A DNA stretch of 64,000 nt from Gaiellaceae bacterium (GTDB lineage: Bacteria > Actinomycetota > Thermoleophilia > Gaiellales > Gaiellaceae), in assembly GCA_035652255.1 (NCBI GenBank), contig DASRED010000047.1:3695-67694 (forward strand). The letters run 5' to 3'. Made by a program: the position numbers and the translations under genes. Below are positions 1 to 8,978 of the stretch, piece after piece. How positions within the stretch are numbered: position 1 is the first letter of the stretch; each line of letters begins with the position of its first letter. The notes under the pieces were generated by a model, which had not been told where the DNA came from, searched no databases, and was given only the letters and a program-made list of their open reading frames with translations.

Positions 1-329
1 ACCTCCGCGAAGGCGTCCTCGAGGATCCCGGCGATCTCCTCGCGGTCGAAGCCACGGTCGAGGCGCACGCCGAGCCAGCCGCGGTGGCCGACGTACGCCG
101 GCACGAAGAAATGCTCGGGATCGCTGCCGACGAGCGCGTCCTGCATCCCCGCGGGGGCGGCGCAGATGAGCGCGTAGCGACCGTCGCCGTGGTGGGAGTC
201 CCACACGCTCGCGAACGTCCGCTTGCCGCCGACGAAGAACGTCGGCTCGCCGTGGGAGAGCCGCTCGCTCGTCTCGGGCAGCGCGAGGCAGATCTCGCGG
301 ACGGCGGCGAGGATCTGCTTCTTCGTCAC
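1..329 (-). CDS. MmcQ/YjbR-family protein (N-terminal part; C-terminus runs off the left edge)
   Basis: Absent from the ORF track because it is truncated. Own translation from GTG at 329 gives VTKKQILAAVREICLALPETSERLSHGEPTFFVGGKRTFASVWDSHHGDG...GHRGWLGVRLD. GTGA overlap with the stop of the upstream receiver gene. Confidence 0.55.
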   Translation of the reverse strand, partial: MTKKQILAAVREICLALPETSERLSHGEPTFFVGGKRTFASVWDSHHGDGRYALICAAPAGMQDALVGSDPEHFFVPAYVGHRGWLGVRLDRGFDREEIAGILEDAFAE

Positions 330-715
330 GGACGCATTCTGCTCGCGGAGAGCAGTGCGGCGAGGACCCGAGGCAGCTCGTCCGCGATTCGCGCCTTGCG
401 GACGTAGTCGTCCGCCCCAGCACGCCGGATCTCGAGCACGCGCTCCTCGTAGTCGTGGCCGCTCACGGCGACGATCGGGAGCGCGGGCCGGCTCGCGCGC
501 AGCCGCCGCGTCGCCTCGACGCCGTCGAGCACCGGCATCTCGATGTCCATCACGACGGCGTCCGGCTCGACGCGCTCGGCGAGCTCGACCGCCTCCTTCC
601 CGTTGCGGGCGCGCCCGGCCACGGCGAAGCGCTCGTCCGTCTCGAGCAGCAACGCGATCGCGTCGAGGAACGACTCGTCGTCCTCGGCGACGAGGATCCG
701 GAGCGGAGTGGCCAA
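326..715 (-). CDS. stand-alone CheY-like response regulator receiver
   Basis: 129 aa. Receiver motifs ILVAEDDE, phospho-Asp context AVVMDIEMP, VAVSGH, and K in DYVRKA. No output domain. Confidence 0.85.
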   Translation of the reverse strand: MATPLRILVAEDDESFLDAIALLLETDERFAVAGRARNGKEAVELAERVEPDAVVMDIEMPVLDGVEATRRLRASRPALPIVAVSGHDYEERVLEIRRAGADDYVRKARIADELPRVLAALLSASRMRP

Positions 716-751
716 CGTCGTACGGCGGGTACCCGCCGGGCGGGACGCGAA

Positions 752-1726
752 TCAGCTCAGAGGGCCGCCGAGCGCCTGCTCGAGATCGGCCCAGAGGACC
801 TCCGGATCCTCGAGCCCGACGCTGAGGCGGAGGAGGCCCGGCGGGACGCGGTCGCCTTCCCAGCGGCTCCGGCTCTCGATCGAGCTCGTCACTCCGCCGA
901 GCGACGTTGCGTTGACGATCACGCGGGTCGACGTCTCGACGGCGCGCGCGGCGTCCGCGTCGGCGACGTCGAAGGAGAGAAGCCCGCCGATTCCCGCCCA
1001 GCGGACGGTCTGAACGCTCCAGTGGTCGCGCAGCCGGCCGGCGAGGAGCCCGGCCGTCTCCGTCTGCCGCCGCACGCGCACCTCGAGCGTCTGCAGGCCG
1101 CGAAGCAGGAGCCAGGCCGGATCGGGCGCCGCGACGATGCCGGTGCGGCTGCGGAACGTCAGGAGCTGCTCGGCGGCTGCCTCGTCCCTGCAGACGACGA
1201 CGCCGAGCAGCGCATCGGAGTGTCCTGCGAGGTACTTCGTGGCGCTGTGGAGGACGAAGTCGGCGCCGTGCTCGAGCGGCCGGAGGTGGACGGGCGTCGC
1301 CGCGGTCGCGTCGACGACGACCCGCGCGGGGTGCGTGGCGGCCGCTTCGAGGTCGGGCAGCGTCAGGAACGGGTTGGACGGCGCCTCGAGCCAGACGAGG
1401 TCGACGTCCGGCGGTGGCGGGCCCGTCTGGTCGAACTCGACGACGCGCAACCCCCAGCGGGAGAGAAGCTCGAAGGTGAGGCCCGTCCCGTAGTACGCGC
1501 CTTCGGCGAGCGCGATCGTCGAGCCCGGCTCGAGGAGCGAGAGGGCGAGTGCGGTCGTCGCGCCCGCACCAGAAGGGAAGAGCAGCGCTGTGCCGCCGTC
1601 GAGCTCGCCGAGCGCGGCCTCCGCGGCGGCGACGGTCGGGCTGCCGAAGCGCTGGTACGAGAAGCGGCCGGGGTCGCCGTGCAGGTCGTACGGCCAGTGG
1701 GTCGAGCGGTCGAGCGGAGTGGACAC
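752..1726 (-). CDS. Cys/Met-metabolism PLP-dependent enzyme (cystathionine gamma-synthase/lyase family)
   Basis: 324 aa. PLP-lysine signature HSATKYLAGHSD and C-terminal LRLSVGLED typical of the trans-sulfuration family. Shorter than typical members. Confidence 0.8.
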   Translation of the reverse strand: MSTPLDRSTHWPYDLHGDPGRFSYQRFGSPTVAAAEAALGELDGGTALLFPSGAGATTALALSLLEPGSTIALAEGAYYGTGLTFELLSRWGLRVVEFDQTGPPPPDVDLVWLEAPSNPFLTLPDLEAAATHPARVVVDATAATPVHLRPLEHGADFVLHSATKYLAGHSDALLGVVVCRDEAAAEQLLTFRSRTGIVAAPDPAWLLLRGLQTLEVRVRRQTETAGLLAGRLRDHWSVQTVRWAGIGGLLSFDVADADAARAVETSTRVIVNATSLGGVTSSIESRSRWEGDRVPPGLLRLSVGLEDPEVLWADLEQALGGPLS

Positions 1727-1736
1727 GCGAGCGACC

Positions 1737-2969
1737 CTACACCGGCTCGGCCTGCAGCTCGTCGAGCCGTCCCATCCGGGCGAGGGACGGGAAGAGCCGT
1801 CGCCACGCGCCCGCCACGCCGATCATCACGGCTCCTCCGGCCACGACCGTCGCGACGGTGCCGACGAGGGACGCGACCGCGCCCGCCTCGAAGGCGCCGA
1901 GCTCGTTCGAGGCGCTGATGAACACCCACTCGACCGCGCTCACTCGTCCCTGCAGCTCGTGGGGCGTGACGAGGAGGACGGTCGTCGAGCGGATGTTCAT
2001 GCTGATCATGTCCGCGAAGCCGCTCACGGCGAGCGCAGCGAGCGAGAGCGGCAGCGAGCGTGAGAGCCCGAAGACGATCATCATCGCGCCGAACGCGGCG
2101 ACGACGGCGAGCAGCGTCGGCCCGGCGCGGAAGTGGAGAGGACGCCGCGTCAGGAGGATGCCCGCGAGCAGCGCGCCTGCGGACGGCGCAGCCCGTAGCG
2201 CGCCGAGCCCGACCGGGCCGACGTCGAGGATCGTCCGCGCGAACACCGGCGCGAGGGCGATCGAGTCGCCGAAGAGGACGGCGACGAGGTCGAGGGAGAT
2301 CGCGCCGAGCAGCATCCGCGTCTTGACGATGAAGCTGATCCCGGCGACGAGGTTCTCCCACGTCAGCTCGGTCGCGGGCGCGGCGGCGCCGGCCGAGGAG
2401 ACACCGACGATCGTGACCGTGGCGAGGCAGAACAGCGCTCCCGCGACGATGTAGACCGAGACCGGGTCGACGTTGAAGATCACGCCGCCGACCGCCGGGC
2501 CGACGACGATGCCGGCCTGGTTGGCGACGCTCCGGAGCGCGACCGCTCCCGCCAGAAGCTCCGGCGGGACGATCTCGGGCGTCAGCGAGCGGCCGGCCGG
2601 GTTCGTGAGCGCCGACGCCAGCCCGGCCGTGGCTCCGACCGCGAGGAACGGCCACAGCGCGTGTGCGCCCGACAGCGTGATCGCGACGAGGCTGCCCGCA
2701 ATCCCGACCTGGACGACGAGGCCCGCCGCCACGACGAGCCGCCGCGGCGCGCGGTCGGCGAGCTGTCCGGCCGGCAGCGCCAGCAGCGGCAGCGGCACGA
2801 ACTCGGCGAGCCCGACGAGCCCGAGGTCGAGCGGGTTCTTGTGGATCTCGAAGACCTGCCAGCCGATCGCAACGACGAGCATCTGCTGCGCGAAGCCGCT
2901 CGCAAGCGACGACGTCCAGAGCAGCGCGAATGACCGCAACTGCAATGCGGGAGGTAGCCGATGCCTCAC
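1737..2969 (-). CDS. MFS transporter
   Basis: 410 aa, uniformly hydrophobic with about 12 helix-like segments. MFS-like N-terminus LRSFALLWTSSLASGF. Divergent from pccB. Confidence 0.8.
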   Translation of the reverse strand: MRHRLPPALQLRSFALLWTSSLASGFAQQMLVVAIGWQVFEIHKNPLDLGLVGLAEFVPLPLLALPAGQLADRAPRRLVVAAGLVVQVGIAGSLVAITLSGAHALWPFLAVGATAGLASALTNPAGRSLTPEIVPPELLAGAVALRSVANQAGIVVGPAVGGVIFNVDPVSVYIVAGALFCLATVTIVGVSSAGAAAPATELTWENLVAGISFIVKTRMLLGAISLDLVAVLFGDSIALAPVFARTILDVGPVGLGALRAAPSAGALLAGILLTRRPLHFRAGPTLLAVVAAFGAMMIVFGLSRSLPLSLAALAVSGFADMISMNIRSTTVLLVTPHELQGRVSAVEWVFISASNELGAFEAGAVASLVGTVATVVAGGAVMIGVAGAWRRLFPSLARMGRLDELQAEPV

Positions 2970-2996
2970 GATCCGTGAACGTTAGGCTCCAGAGCG

Positions 2997-4574
2997 GTGG
3001 CCGAGGGACACGAGACGACACACGAGACCACGGCGGGCAAGCTCGAGTGGCTCGAGGAGCTGCGCGAACAGGCGCTCCACGCCGGCAGCGAGAAGGCTGT
3101 CGCGCGCCGCCGCGAGGAGGGCCGCCTCCTCGCCCGCGAGCGCGCGGAGAAGCTCTGCGACCCCGGCTCGTTCGTCGAGCTCGACCGCTACGTCCGCCAC
3201 CGCGAGTCGAACTTCGGGATGATGGACCGCCGTCCGTACGGCGACGCCGTCGTCACCGGCTACGGCACGGTCTTCGGCCGCAAGGTCTTCCTCTTCTCGC
3301 AGGACTTCACCGTCTTCGGCGGCTCGCTCAGCGAGGTCTTCGCGGAGAAGATCTGCAAGGTCATGGACATGGCCGTCAAGTACGGCTGCCCCGTGATCGG
3401 GATCAACGACTCCGGCGGCGCGCGGATACAGGAGGGCGTCGTCTCGCTCGCCGGCTACGCGGAGATCTTCTGGCGGAACGTGCAGGCCTCGGGTGTCGTC
3501 CCGCAGCTGTCGCTCGTCATGGGCCCGTGCGCGGGCGGCGCCGTCTACTCGCCCGCGATGACCGACTTCATCTTCATGGTCGAGGGCTCCTCGTACATGT
3601 TCATCACGGGCCCCGACGTCGTGAAGACGGTGACGGGGGAGGAGGTCAGCTTCGAGGAGCTCGGCGGCGCGGCGACGCACGCGTCGAAGTCCGGGGTCGC
3701 GCAGTTCACGGCGGCCGACGAGGAAGCGTGCCTCGAGGATGCCCGCTACCTCCTCTCGTTCCTCCCGCAGAACAACGCCGAGCGTCCGGCCTGGAGCGCG
3801 CCTACCGATCCGGTCGACCGCGAGGACGCGGAGCTCGACACGCTCATCCCCGACAACCCGAACAAGCCGTACGACATGCACGACGTGATCCGCCGCGTCG
3901 TCGACGACGGCGAGTTCCTCGAGGTGAGCGAGCGCTGGGCGGAGAACATCGTCTGCGGCTTCGCCCGATTGGGCGGTCATTCGATCGGCGTCGTCGGGAA
4001 CCAGCCGCGCTCGCTCGCCGGCGTCCTCGACATCGACTCGTCGAACAAGGCGGCGCGGTTCGTCCGCACGTGCGACGCGTTCAACGTCCCGCTCGTCACG
4101 TTCGTCGACGTGCCGGGCTTCCTGCCGGGGACGGCGCAGGAGTGGGGCGGGATCATCCGCCACGGCGCGAAGCTCCTCTACGCCTACTGCGAGGCCACGG
4201 TGCCGAAGCTGACCGTGATCACGCGGAAGGCCTACGGCGGCGCGTACGACGTCATGAGCTCGAAGCACGTGCGCGCGGACTTCAACTTCGCCTGGCCGAC
4301 GGCGGAGGTCGCCGTGATGGGCCCGGAGGGCGCCGTGAACATCGTCTTCCGTCACGAGCTCGAGGGGACGGACGATCCCGACCGGCGGCGCGCCGAGCTG
4401 ATCTCCGACTACAAGGAGAAGTTCGCCAATCCCTACAGCGCCGCGGAGCGCGGTTACGTCGACGACGTCATCGAACCGCGCCGGACGCGGCCCGTGCTGA
4501 TCGACGCCCTCGAGACGACCCTGACGAAGGCTGAGCCGCGCCCCCGCCGCAAGCACGGCAACATCCCGCTCTAG
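2997..4574 (+). CDS. pccB: acyl-CoA (propionyl/acetyl) carboxylase carboxyltransferase beta subunit
   Basis: 525 aa. Carboxyltransferase hallmarks INDSGGARIQEG, PLVTFVDVPGFLPG, RKAYGGAYDVM. Confidence 0.9.
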   Translation: MAEGHETTHETTAGKLEWLEELREQALHAGSEKAVARRREEGRLLARERAEKLCDPGSFVELDRYVRHRESNFGMMDRRPYGDAVVTGYGTVFGRKVFLFSQDFTVFGGSLSEVFAEKICKVMDMAVKYGCPVIGINDSGGARIQEGVVSLAGYAEIFWRNVQASGVVPQLSLVMGPCAGGAVYSPAMTDFIFMVEGSSYMFITGPDVVKTVTGEEVSFEELGGAATHASKSGVAQFTAADEEACLEDARYLLSFLPQNNAERPAWSAPTDPVDREDAELDTLIPDNPNKPYDMHDVIRRVVDDGEFLEVSERWAENIVCGFARLGGHSIGVVGNQPRSLAGVLDIDSSNKAARFVRTCDAFNVPLVTFVDVPGFLPGTAQEWGGIIRHGAKLLYAYCEATVPKLTVITRKAYGGAYDVMSSKHVRADFNFAWPTAEVAVMGPEGAVNIVFRHELEGTDDPDRRRAELISDYKEKFANPYSAAERGYVDDVIEPRRTRPVLIDALETTLTKAEPRPRRKHGNIPL

Positions 4575-4896
4575 CTCGCGAGTCCTGCGGACTCGCTCGC
4601 TCTTTGATCGAACTGCGCCGACCGGAGAGCGTGGTCTCCGGTCGGCTCCGTGCTTTGTTGCTGGAGATGCTCTGGACGCGGCCCTGGTCTTGTGCGCTCG
4701 CGCGCGGCGGAGGCCGGCGCGAGCGCGGTCCGGCCGGAGGCCAAGCCCAGCTGCGCTTGGTCTTAGCCTCCGGCCCTTCGTCTGAGCGCACTTCAACCGT
4801 TTCGACCCGCGCACACGCCTCGGCGGCGGCGTAGGACGACAGGCTTACGCCGCCGCGAAGCAGCGAGCGGGCGCGCGCAGCCTGCCCGCTCGCGAC
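4573..4896 (+). repeat. intergenic repeat family, copy A (longest; carries an extra internal segment of about 95 nt)
   Basis: Starts at AGCTCGCGAGT, overlapping the pccB TAG stop. Aligns by eye to the reverse complement of 22988..23211, and its left half to the reverse complement of 11563..11662. Shared blocks include GAACTGCGCCGACCGGAGAGCG, GTCTTAGCC.CCGGCCCT, GCGCACTTCAACCGTTT and CGGCGGCGGCGTA.GACG.CAGGCTTACGCCGCCGCGAA. Confidence 0.75.
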
Positions 4897-4940
4897 AGAA
4901 GGGCCGTCCGAACCACGCAAGCCCAAAGCAAGCCCTCAGC

Positions 4941-4978
4941 ACGGAGCAGACCGGGATCGCAATCCCGGCCTGCTCCGT
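4941..4978 (+). terminator. strong hairpin followed by a T-rich tract (candidate intrinsic terminator)
   Basis: ACGGAGCAGaCCGGGATcgcaATCCCGGcCTGCTCCGT followed by TCCTTC. Lies between the convergent pccB and the small ORF at 5025. Confidence 0.45.
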
Positions 4979-5024
4979 TCCTTCACCCTGCGCGCGAGTC
5001 CGAAGGACTCGCGCGCGGAGACCC

Positions 5025-5216
5025 CTACTGGTTCCAGTTGTCGGCGGTCTTCTTGCCGGCGTTCTTCGCGTGCGGATCCGGGACGTCCGGCACGGCCGGA
5101 GCCGGCTCGTCGCGGGCGAGCGGCTGGTCCTCCGGCTTGCCTTCCGGATGCCGCCGCTGCTCGCGGTTCGGCTTCACCTCGCGCATCCCGGGGACGCGCT
5201 CCTGTTTCTTCGCCAT
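5025..5216 (-). CDS. small basic hypothetical protein (63 aa)
   Basis: Internal ATG of track ORF 5025..5708, giving MAKKQERVPGMREVKPNREQRRHPEGKPEDQ...KKTADNWNQ. No recognisable domain. Confidence 0.35.
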   Translation of the reverse strand: MAKKQERVPGMREVKPNREQRRHPEGKPEDQPLARDEPAPAVPDVPDPHAKNAGKKTADNWNQ

Positions 5217-5254
5217 GCCCGGATCCTGCGCGAGAGCGGGTTTTCCGAAACGAG

Positions 5255-5413
5255 CTAGTGCGTGTGCCTGCCCTGCGCGTGCGCGCGGCCGAGGTCGAGC
5301 GCGATCGCTGCGAGGAGCGTCGCCGTCCACACGTTGACTGGGTCGAAGGTCAGCGGCTCGGGCGAGCCGGTGTGGTCGGCGATCAGCCAGATGACGAACC
5401 AGAGGATGGTCAT
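5255..5413 (-). CDS. small membrane protein (52 aa), hypothetical
   Basis: Own translation MTILWFVIWLIADHTGSPEPLTFDPVNVWTATLLAAIALDLGRAHAQGRHTH. Starts 15 nt after the stop of the GGDEF/HD-GYP gene. Below the track length cutoff. Confidence 0.3.
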   Translation of the reverse strand: MTILWFVIWLIADHTGSPEPLTFDPVNVWTATLLAAIALDLGRAHAQGRHTH

Positions 5414-5428
5414 GGAGCGAGTATCTCG

Positions 5429-7315
5429 CTACGCCGGAACGGCGGCTTCGCGGTCGGCGCGCAATTCCGCTGCGAACGCGTCGACCACCGCCGGGTCGAA
5501 CTGCGTCCCGGCGCAACGCTCGAGCTCGGCGAGCGCCTCCTCCTCCGTGCGCGGATCGCGGTGCGCGCGCGTCGGATCCTGGTCGGAGGTCATCGCGTCG
5601 AACGCGTCGGCGACGAAGATGATCCGGGCGCCGAGCGGGATCTGCTCTCCCGCGAGCCCGTTCGGGTAGCCGGTGCCGTCCCAGCGCTCGTGGTGGTGGA
5701 GCACCCACTCGGCGACCGGCTCGACGCCGAGGCTCTCGAGCATCCGGAAGCCGATCTGGGGATGTCGCTCGAGGACGAGCCGCTCGCCGTCGCTGAGCGC
5801 CGTCGGCTTGCGGAGCAGTTCCTCGGGGATCGCGAGCTTGCCGAGGTCGTGGAGGCTTCCCGCGAGCCGCGTCAGCTCGACGGTCGGCTCGTCGGCGCCG
5901 AGACGCCGCGCGATCTTCGCTGCGTAGTCGCCGACCCGCTGCGAGTGGCGGCCCGTGTAGACGTCGCGCGCGTCGACGGCCTGCGCGAGGCTCTCCGCCG
6001 CGCGGTAGCGTGCCGCACGGTCGGGGCTGTCCGCGAGCTGCTCGAGGTTCGCGCGGAGGATCGACTCGGCCGCGTACGCCCGCACGCGGTTCTTGCCGTC
6101 CTCCTTCGCCCAGTAGAGGGCGCTGTCGGCGAGGCGGATGAGCTCATCGCGGCCGATGCCCTGCATCGGGAAGGTCGCGACGCCGGCGCTGACCGTCACC
6201 GGCCCGACGCCGTCGATCTGCACCGCTGCGATCCGCTCCACGATCGAGCGCGCCACCGCCGTCGCGGCCCGCTCGTCGTGCTCGGGAAGGAGCACCGCGA
6301 ACTCGTCGCCGCCGAGCCGGAACGCCTCGCCGCCCTGTCGCAGGCGCGAGGCGATGTGCCCGAGCACCTTGTCGCCGACCGGATGACCGTGGCGGTCGTT
6401 GATCGACTTGAGGTCGTCGAGGTCGACGAGGCAGAGCGCGACGGAGGTGCCCTTGTGCTCGGCGCCGTCGAGCTCGCGCTGCAGCCGCTCGTGGAAGCTG
6501 CGGTGGTTGCCGAGGCCCGTGAGGGGGTCGGTGAGCGCGAGGCGCATCGCCTGCAGGGCCTTGTGCGTCGAGCGCTGGTAGAGCGCGATCGCGAGCAGTG
6601 GGCCGACGAGCGCGACGGACAACGCCGGCGCGCGCTGCCAGAGGACGACGAGGATCAGCGCCGCCGACGACATGAGCGCGAACGGCGGCGTCGTTTGGAC
6701 GGCGTTCTCCCAGATGACCTTGTGGAACGCGCGCCCGGAGTCCGCCGAGAGGACGCTGCTGATGAGGACGAGCGTGACGACCCAGTAGTAGACGAGCGCC
6801 CCGACGACGACTCGCGCCACGAGGATCCCGACCGAGCCGCCGTGGAGATGGTCGATGACGACGCCCGCGGCGAGCGCCGAGAGCGCGAACATCGAGCTGT
6901 TGTACGAGACCCGGACGAGCGGGCGCCCGCCGATCAGCTGGGCGATGCCGGGCCCGAGGGAGACGATCACCACGGCCGCCGGCCAGCCGACCAGGAAGAG
7001 CGAGGCGAGCGAGAAGACGAAGCCGAGCGTGACGCCGCCCGCGCCCATCCCTTCGACGGGCACCGGGAAGCGCTCGGCGACGGCGATGGCGACGAAGAGG
7101 CTGACGACCGCTCCGAAGTGCGCCCAGCTGTGTGCCTGGACGGCGTAGCGGTATGCGGCCCAACCAACGGCGAAGACCCCCGCGGCAATCACGGGGGTCA
7201 CCACCATCAGAACCTTGCGCGGGATCGCAGCGGGTGGATTCACCGCTGCTCCCTTGACGGCGTTAGCGCCGTCCGGCCGGATCCGGATGCCGGGTACTGC
7301 GAGCCGCCCACTCAT
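5429..7315 (-). CDS. membrane-anchored diguanylate cyclase (GGDEF) fused to an HD-GYP phosphodiesterase domain
   Basis: 628 aa. N-terminal multi-TM region, intact RLGGDEFAVLL, then HD-GYP signatures HDLGKLAIP and HHHERWDGTGYP. Exact start uncertain. Confidence 0.85.
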   Translation of the reverse strand: MSGRLAVPGIRIRPDGANAVKGAAVNPPAAIPRKVLMVVTPVIAAGVFAVGWAAYRYAVQAHSWAHFGAVVSLFVAIAVAERFPVPVEGMGAGGVTLGFVFSLASLFLVGWPAAVVIVSLGPGIAQLIGGRPLVRVSYNSSMFALSALAAGVVIDHLHGGSVGILVARVVVGALVYYWVVTLVLISSVLSADSGRAFHKVIWENAVQTTPPFALMSSAALILVVLWQRAPALSVALVGPLLAIALYQRSTHKALQAMRLALTDPLTGLGNHRSFHERLQRELDGAEHKGTSVALCLVDLDDLKSINDRHGHPVGDKVLGHIASRLRQGGEAFRLGGDEFAVLLPEHDERAATAVARSIVERIAAVQIDGVGPVTVSAGVATFPMQGIGRDELIRLADSALYWAKEDGKNRVRAYAAESILRANLEQLADSPDRAARYRAAESLAQAVDARDVYTGRHSQRVGDYAAKIARRLGADEPTVELTRLAGSLHDLGKLAIPEELLRKPTALSDGERLVLERHPQIGFRMLESLGVEPVAEWVLHHHERWDGTGYPNGLAGEQIPLGARIIFVADAFDAMTSDQDPTRAHRDPRTEEEALAELERCAGTQFDPAVVDAFAAELRADREAAVPA

Positions 7316-7354
7316 CGACCGACATCCCCTCCCCTACGAGGTCGTGCTGGTCAG

Positions 7355-7450
7355 CTAGTGAAACGGCGGCAGCTTGATCCAGCCGTAGTTCCCGAGGCTC
7401 ACTGCGATCGCCGCAGCGACCACCACGAGAACGACGAGACGGGACTTCAT
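7355..7450 (-). CDS. very small hydrophobic peptide (31 aa), hypothetical
   Basis: Own translation MKSRLVVLVVVAAAIAVSLGNYGWIKLPPFH. GGAGGG lies upstream, with an alternative ATG at 7459. Sits just upstream of the GGDEF/HD-GYP gene. Confidence 0.25.
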   Translation of the reverse strand: MKSRLVVLVVVAAAIAVSLGNYGWIKLPPFH

Positions 7451-7574
7451 TGCCAGCATGTTCCCTCCAGGGGCTTACGTAAAGGACGCCAGGTAGGGCC
7501 AATTCTGGCCTCCGTGACCCGGCGGAGGAATCACCCGAAGGGGGTAACTGTGACTGTCGAGTCAACGAGCCGGG

Positions 7575-8789
7575 TCACGGCTCGAGGCCTGCTTCTGCGA
7601 GCGGGCGCCGGCCCCAGGCGAACTCGCGCTTGTACCAGCCTGTCAGTTGGGCGAGCGCGACGCCTTCGTCCGACGACTGGATGAACCAGCCGTTCCCGAC
7701 GTAGATCGCAGTGTGGTCGATCTCGGGGCCGGACGAGCGCGGCCCGCGGGCGCCGAAGAAGATCACGTCGGCGGGCTCGAGCTTCTTGAACGGGATCCGC
7801 TTCGACCAGGGCACCTCGACGCTCATCGTGTACGTCGTCCGCCCCTGGATCGTCGAGGCGAGGCGTCCCTCGTTCGGGTAGCTCTGGAGCTTGTAGACGC
7901 GCCAGACGAATCCGGAGCAGTCGTAGCCGCCCCGCGAGGGGACGCCGAAGGGAGCCTCCGACCCGTCGCTCGTCCCGCCCCAGACGTACGGCATCCCGAT
8001 CTTGGAGAAGGCGACGGTGAGGATCCGCTGCTGCCACGGGTTGAGCTGCGGCAGGGCGAACGTGTCGGCGGCCTCCTGCGCCCAGCCGATCTGCCAGCTG
8101 TCGTCGAGGTAGCCGAACCCGAGGATCTGGGCGGCGGAGTAGGCAGCCTCGGCGCGGCTCGCCGGGTCCTGGGGACGGAGCTCGAGGAAGTCCTGCGACG
8201 CCGGATGGTTGAGCCGCAGGCCGAGCAGCCGCGCGACGACCTCGGTGCCGAAGCGGCTGGGAATCCCGACGCCGGCGGCCCTGGCGGCGTGGTTGAACTC
8301 CGCCGCCGCATGGCCGAGCCCGAGCGAGGCGACGAGCTTGCTGTCGAGCTCGGTCATCGTCGCGGCGTTGCTCCCGTTCGGAACCTGAGGCGGCGTGCCG
8401 GTCGTCGTCGGTGCCGTCGTCGTGTCGACGGTCGACGTCGGATCCGTCGCGGTCGTCGTCGTCGGGCCCGGATCCCACCAGGACGTCGTGGTCGTGTCGC
8501 CGGTCGTCGTGTCGCCGGTCGTCGTCGGCGGTGGCGGGGCCGGCGGCGTGAGCTGCTGCTGGAGGCCGAAAGCGAGATCGGAGAGAGCCTGGCGCGTGAG
8601 AGACGCGTTCGGCCGGAACGTCTGCACGCTCTTCGCGCCCATGAGGCCGTGCGAGACGACCGTCGCGATCTGCGGCGCAGCCCAGTTCGGGATGCGGCGC
8701 GCCGATCCCGTCGCACCGGCAACGGCAAAAGCCGCGACGGCGACGGCCGCCGCGAATGTCACGAAACGCAGACCCACGACCCTTCCCAT
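7575..8789 (-). CDS. secreted NlpC/P60-family peptidoglycan endopeptidase with a Thr/Pro-rich linker
   Basis: Internal ATG of track ORF 7575..9173. Signal-like MGRVVGLRFVTFAAAVAVAAFAVAGATGSA. C-terminal NlpC/P60 core GGYDCSGFVWRVY ... DHTAIYVGNGWFIQS. Confidence 0.85.
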   Translation of the reverse strand: MGRVVGLRFVTFAAAVAVAAFAVAGATGSARRIPNWAAPQIATVVSHGLMGAKSVQTFRPNASLTRQALSDLAFGLQQQLTPPAPPPPTTTGDTTTGDTTTTSWWDPGPTTTTATDPTSTVDTTTAPTTTGTPPQVPNGSNAATMTELDSKLVASLGLGHAAAEFNHAARAAGVGIPSRFGTEVVARLLGLRLNHPASQDFLELRPQDPASRAEAAYSAAQILGFGYLDDSWQIGWAQEAADTFALPQLNPWQQRILTVAFSKIGMPYVWGGTSDGSEAPFGVPSRGGYDCSGFVWRVYKLQSYPNEGRLASTIQGRTTYTMSVEVPWSKRIPFKKLEPADVIFFGARGPRSSGPEIDHTAIYVGNGWFIQSSDEGVALAQLTGWYKREFAWGRRPLAEAGLEP

Positions 8790-8825
8790 CGACCCCTTTC
8801 GGCGCGCACAGTAGCCTCCTTTTCG

Positions 8826-8978
8826 GTGAATTTGGAGATTTCCCCCCAACCCGAAGAGTCGGAGCGGGCTGCGATCCTTGCGGCGCTCGAGGCCGAGGAG
8901 GCGGAGCGGCAGGATTCCTCGGCGTGGGCCGATGCGCTTCTTCCGCAGCGCGAAGCCGAAGACGGCGCCAATCCGTAA
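8826..8978 (+). CDS. possible 50-aa acyl-CoA carboxylase epsilon-like small protein (tentative)
   Basis: GTG start. VNLEISPQPEESERAAILAALEAEEAERQDSSAWADALLPQREAEDGANP resembles the PxPEE..AA.LAAL ... SAW pattern I associate with ACC epsilon subunits. No Shine-Dalgarno sequence, and codon third-position G+C is lower than in neighbouring genes. Confidence 0.3.
   Translation: MNLEISPQPEESERAAILAALEAEEAERQDSSAWADALLPQREAEDGANP

Noticed and set aside
2982-4814. 610-aa minus-strand ORF, plus the 534-aa plus-strand alternate frame over pccB
   Set aside because: Both overlap the carboxyltransferase gene, which has clear family motifs. The alternatives are Arg/Ala/Gly-rich with no motifs.
4897-5024. 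Possible tRNA or small RNA in the hairpin-rich spacer after repeat copy A
   Set aside because: There is no T-loop (GGTTCGAATCC-like) and no cloverleaf arrangement. The hairpins look like terminator or repeat-associated structures only.
5258-7684. 808-aa ORF on the plus strand
   Set aside because: It is antisense to the well-supported GGDEF/HD-GYP gene. The translation is Arg/Asp/Glu/Pro-rich low-complexity sequence with no domain signatures. This is a typical high-G+C shadow ORF.
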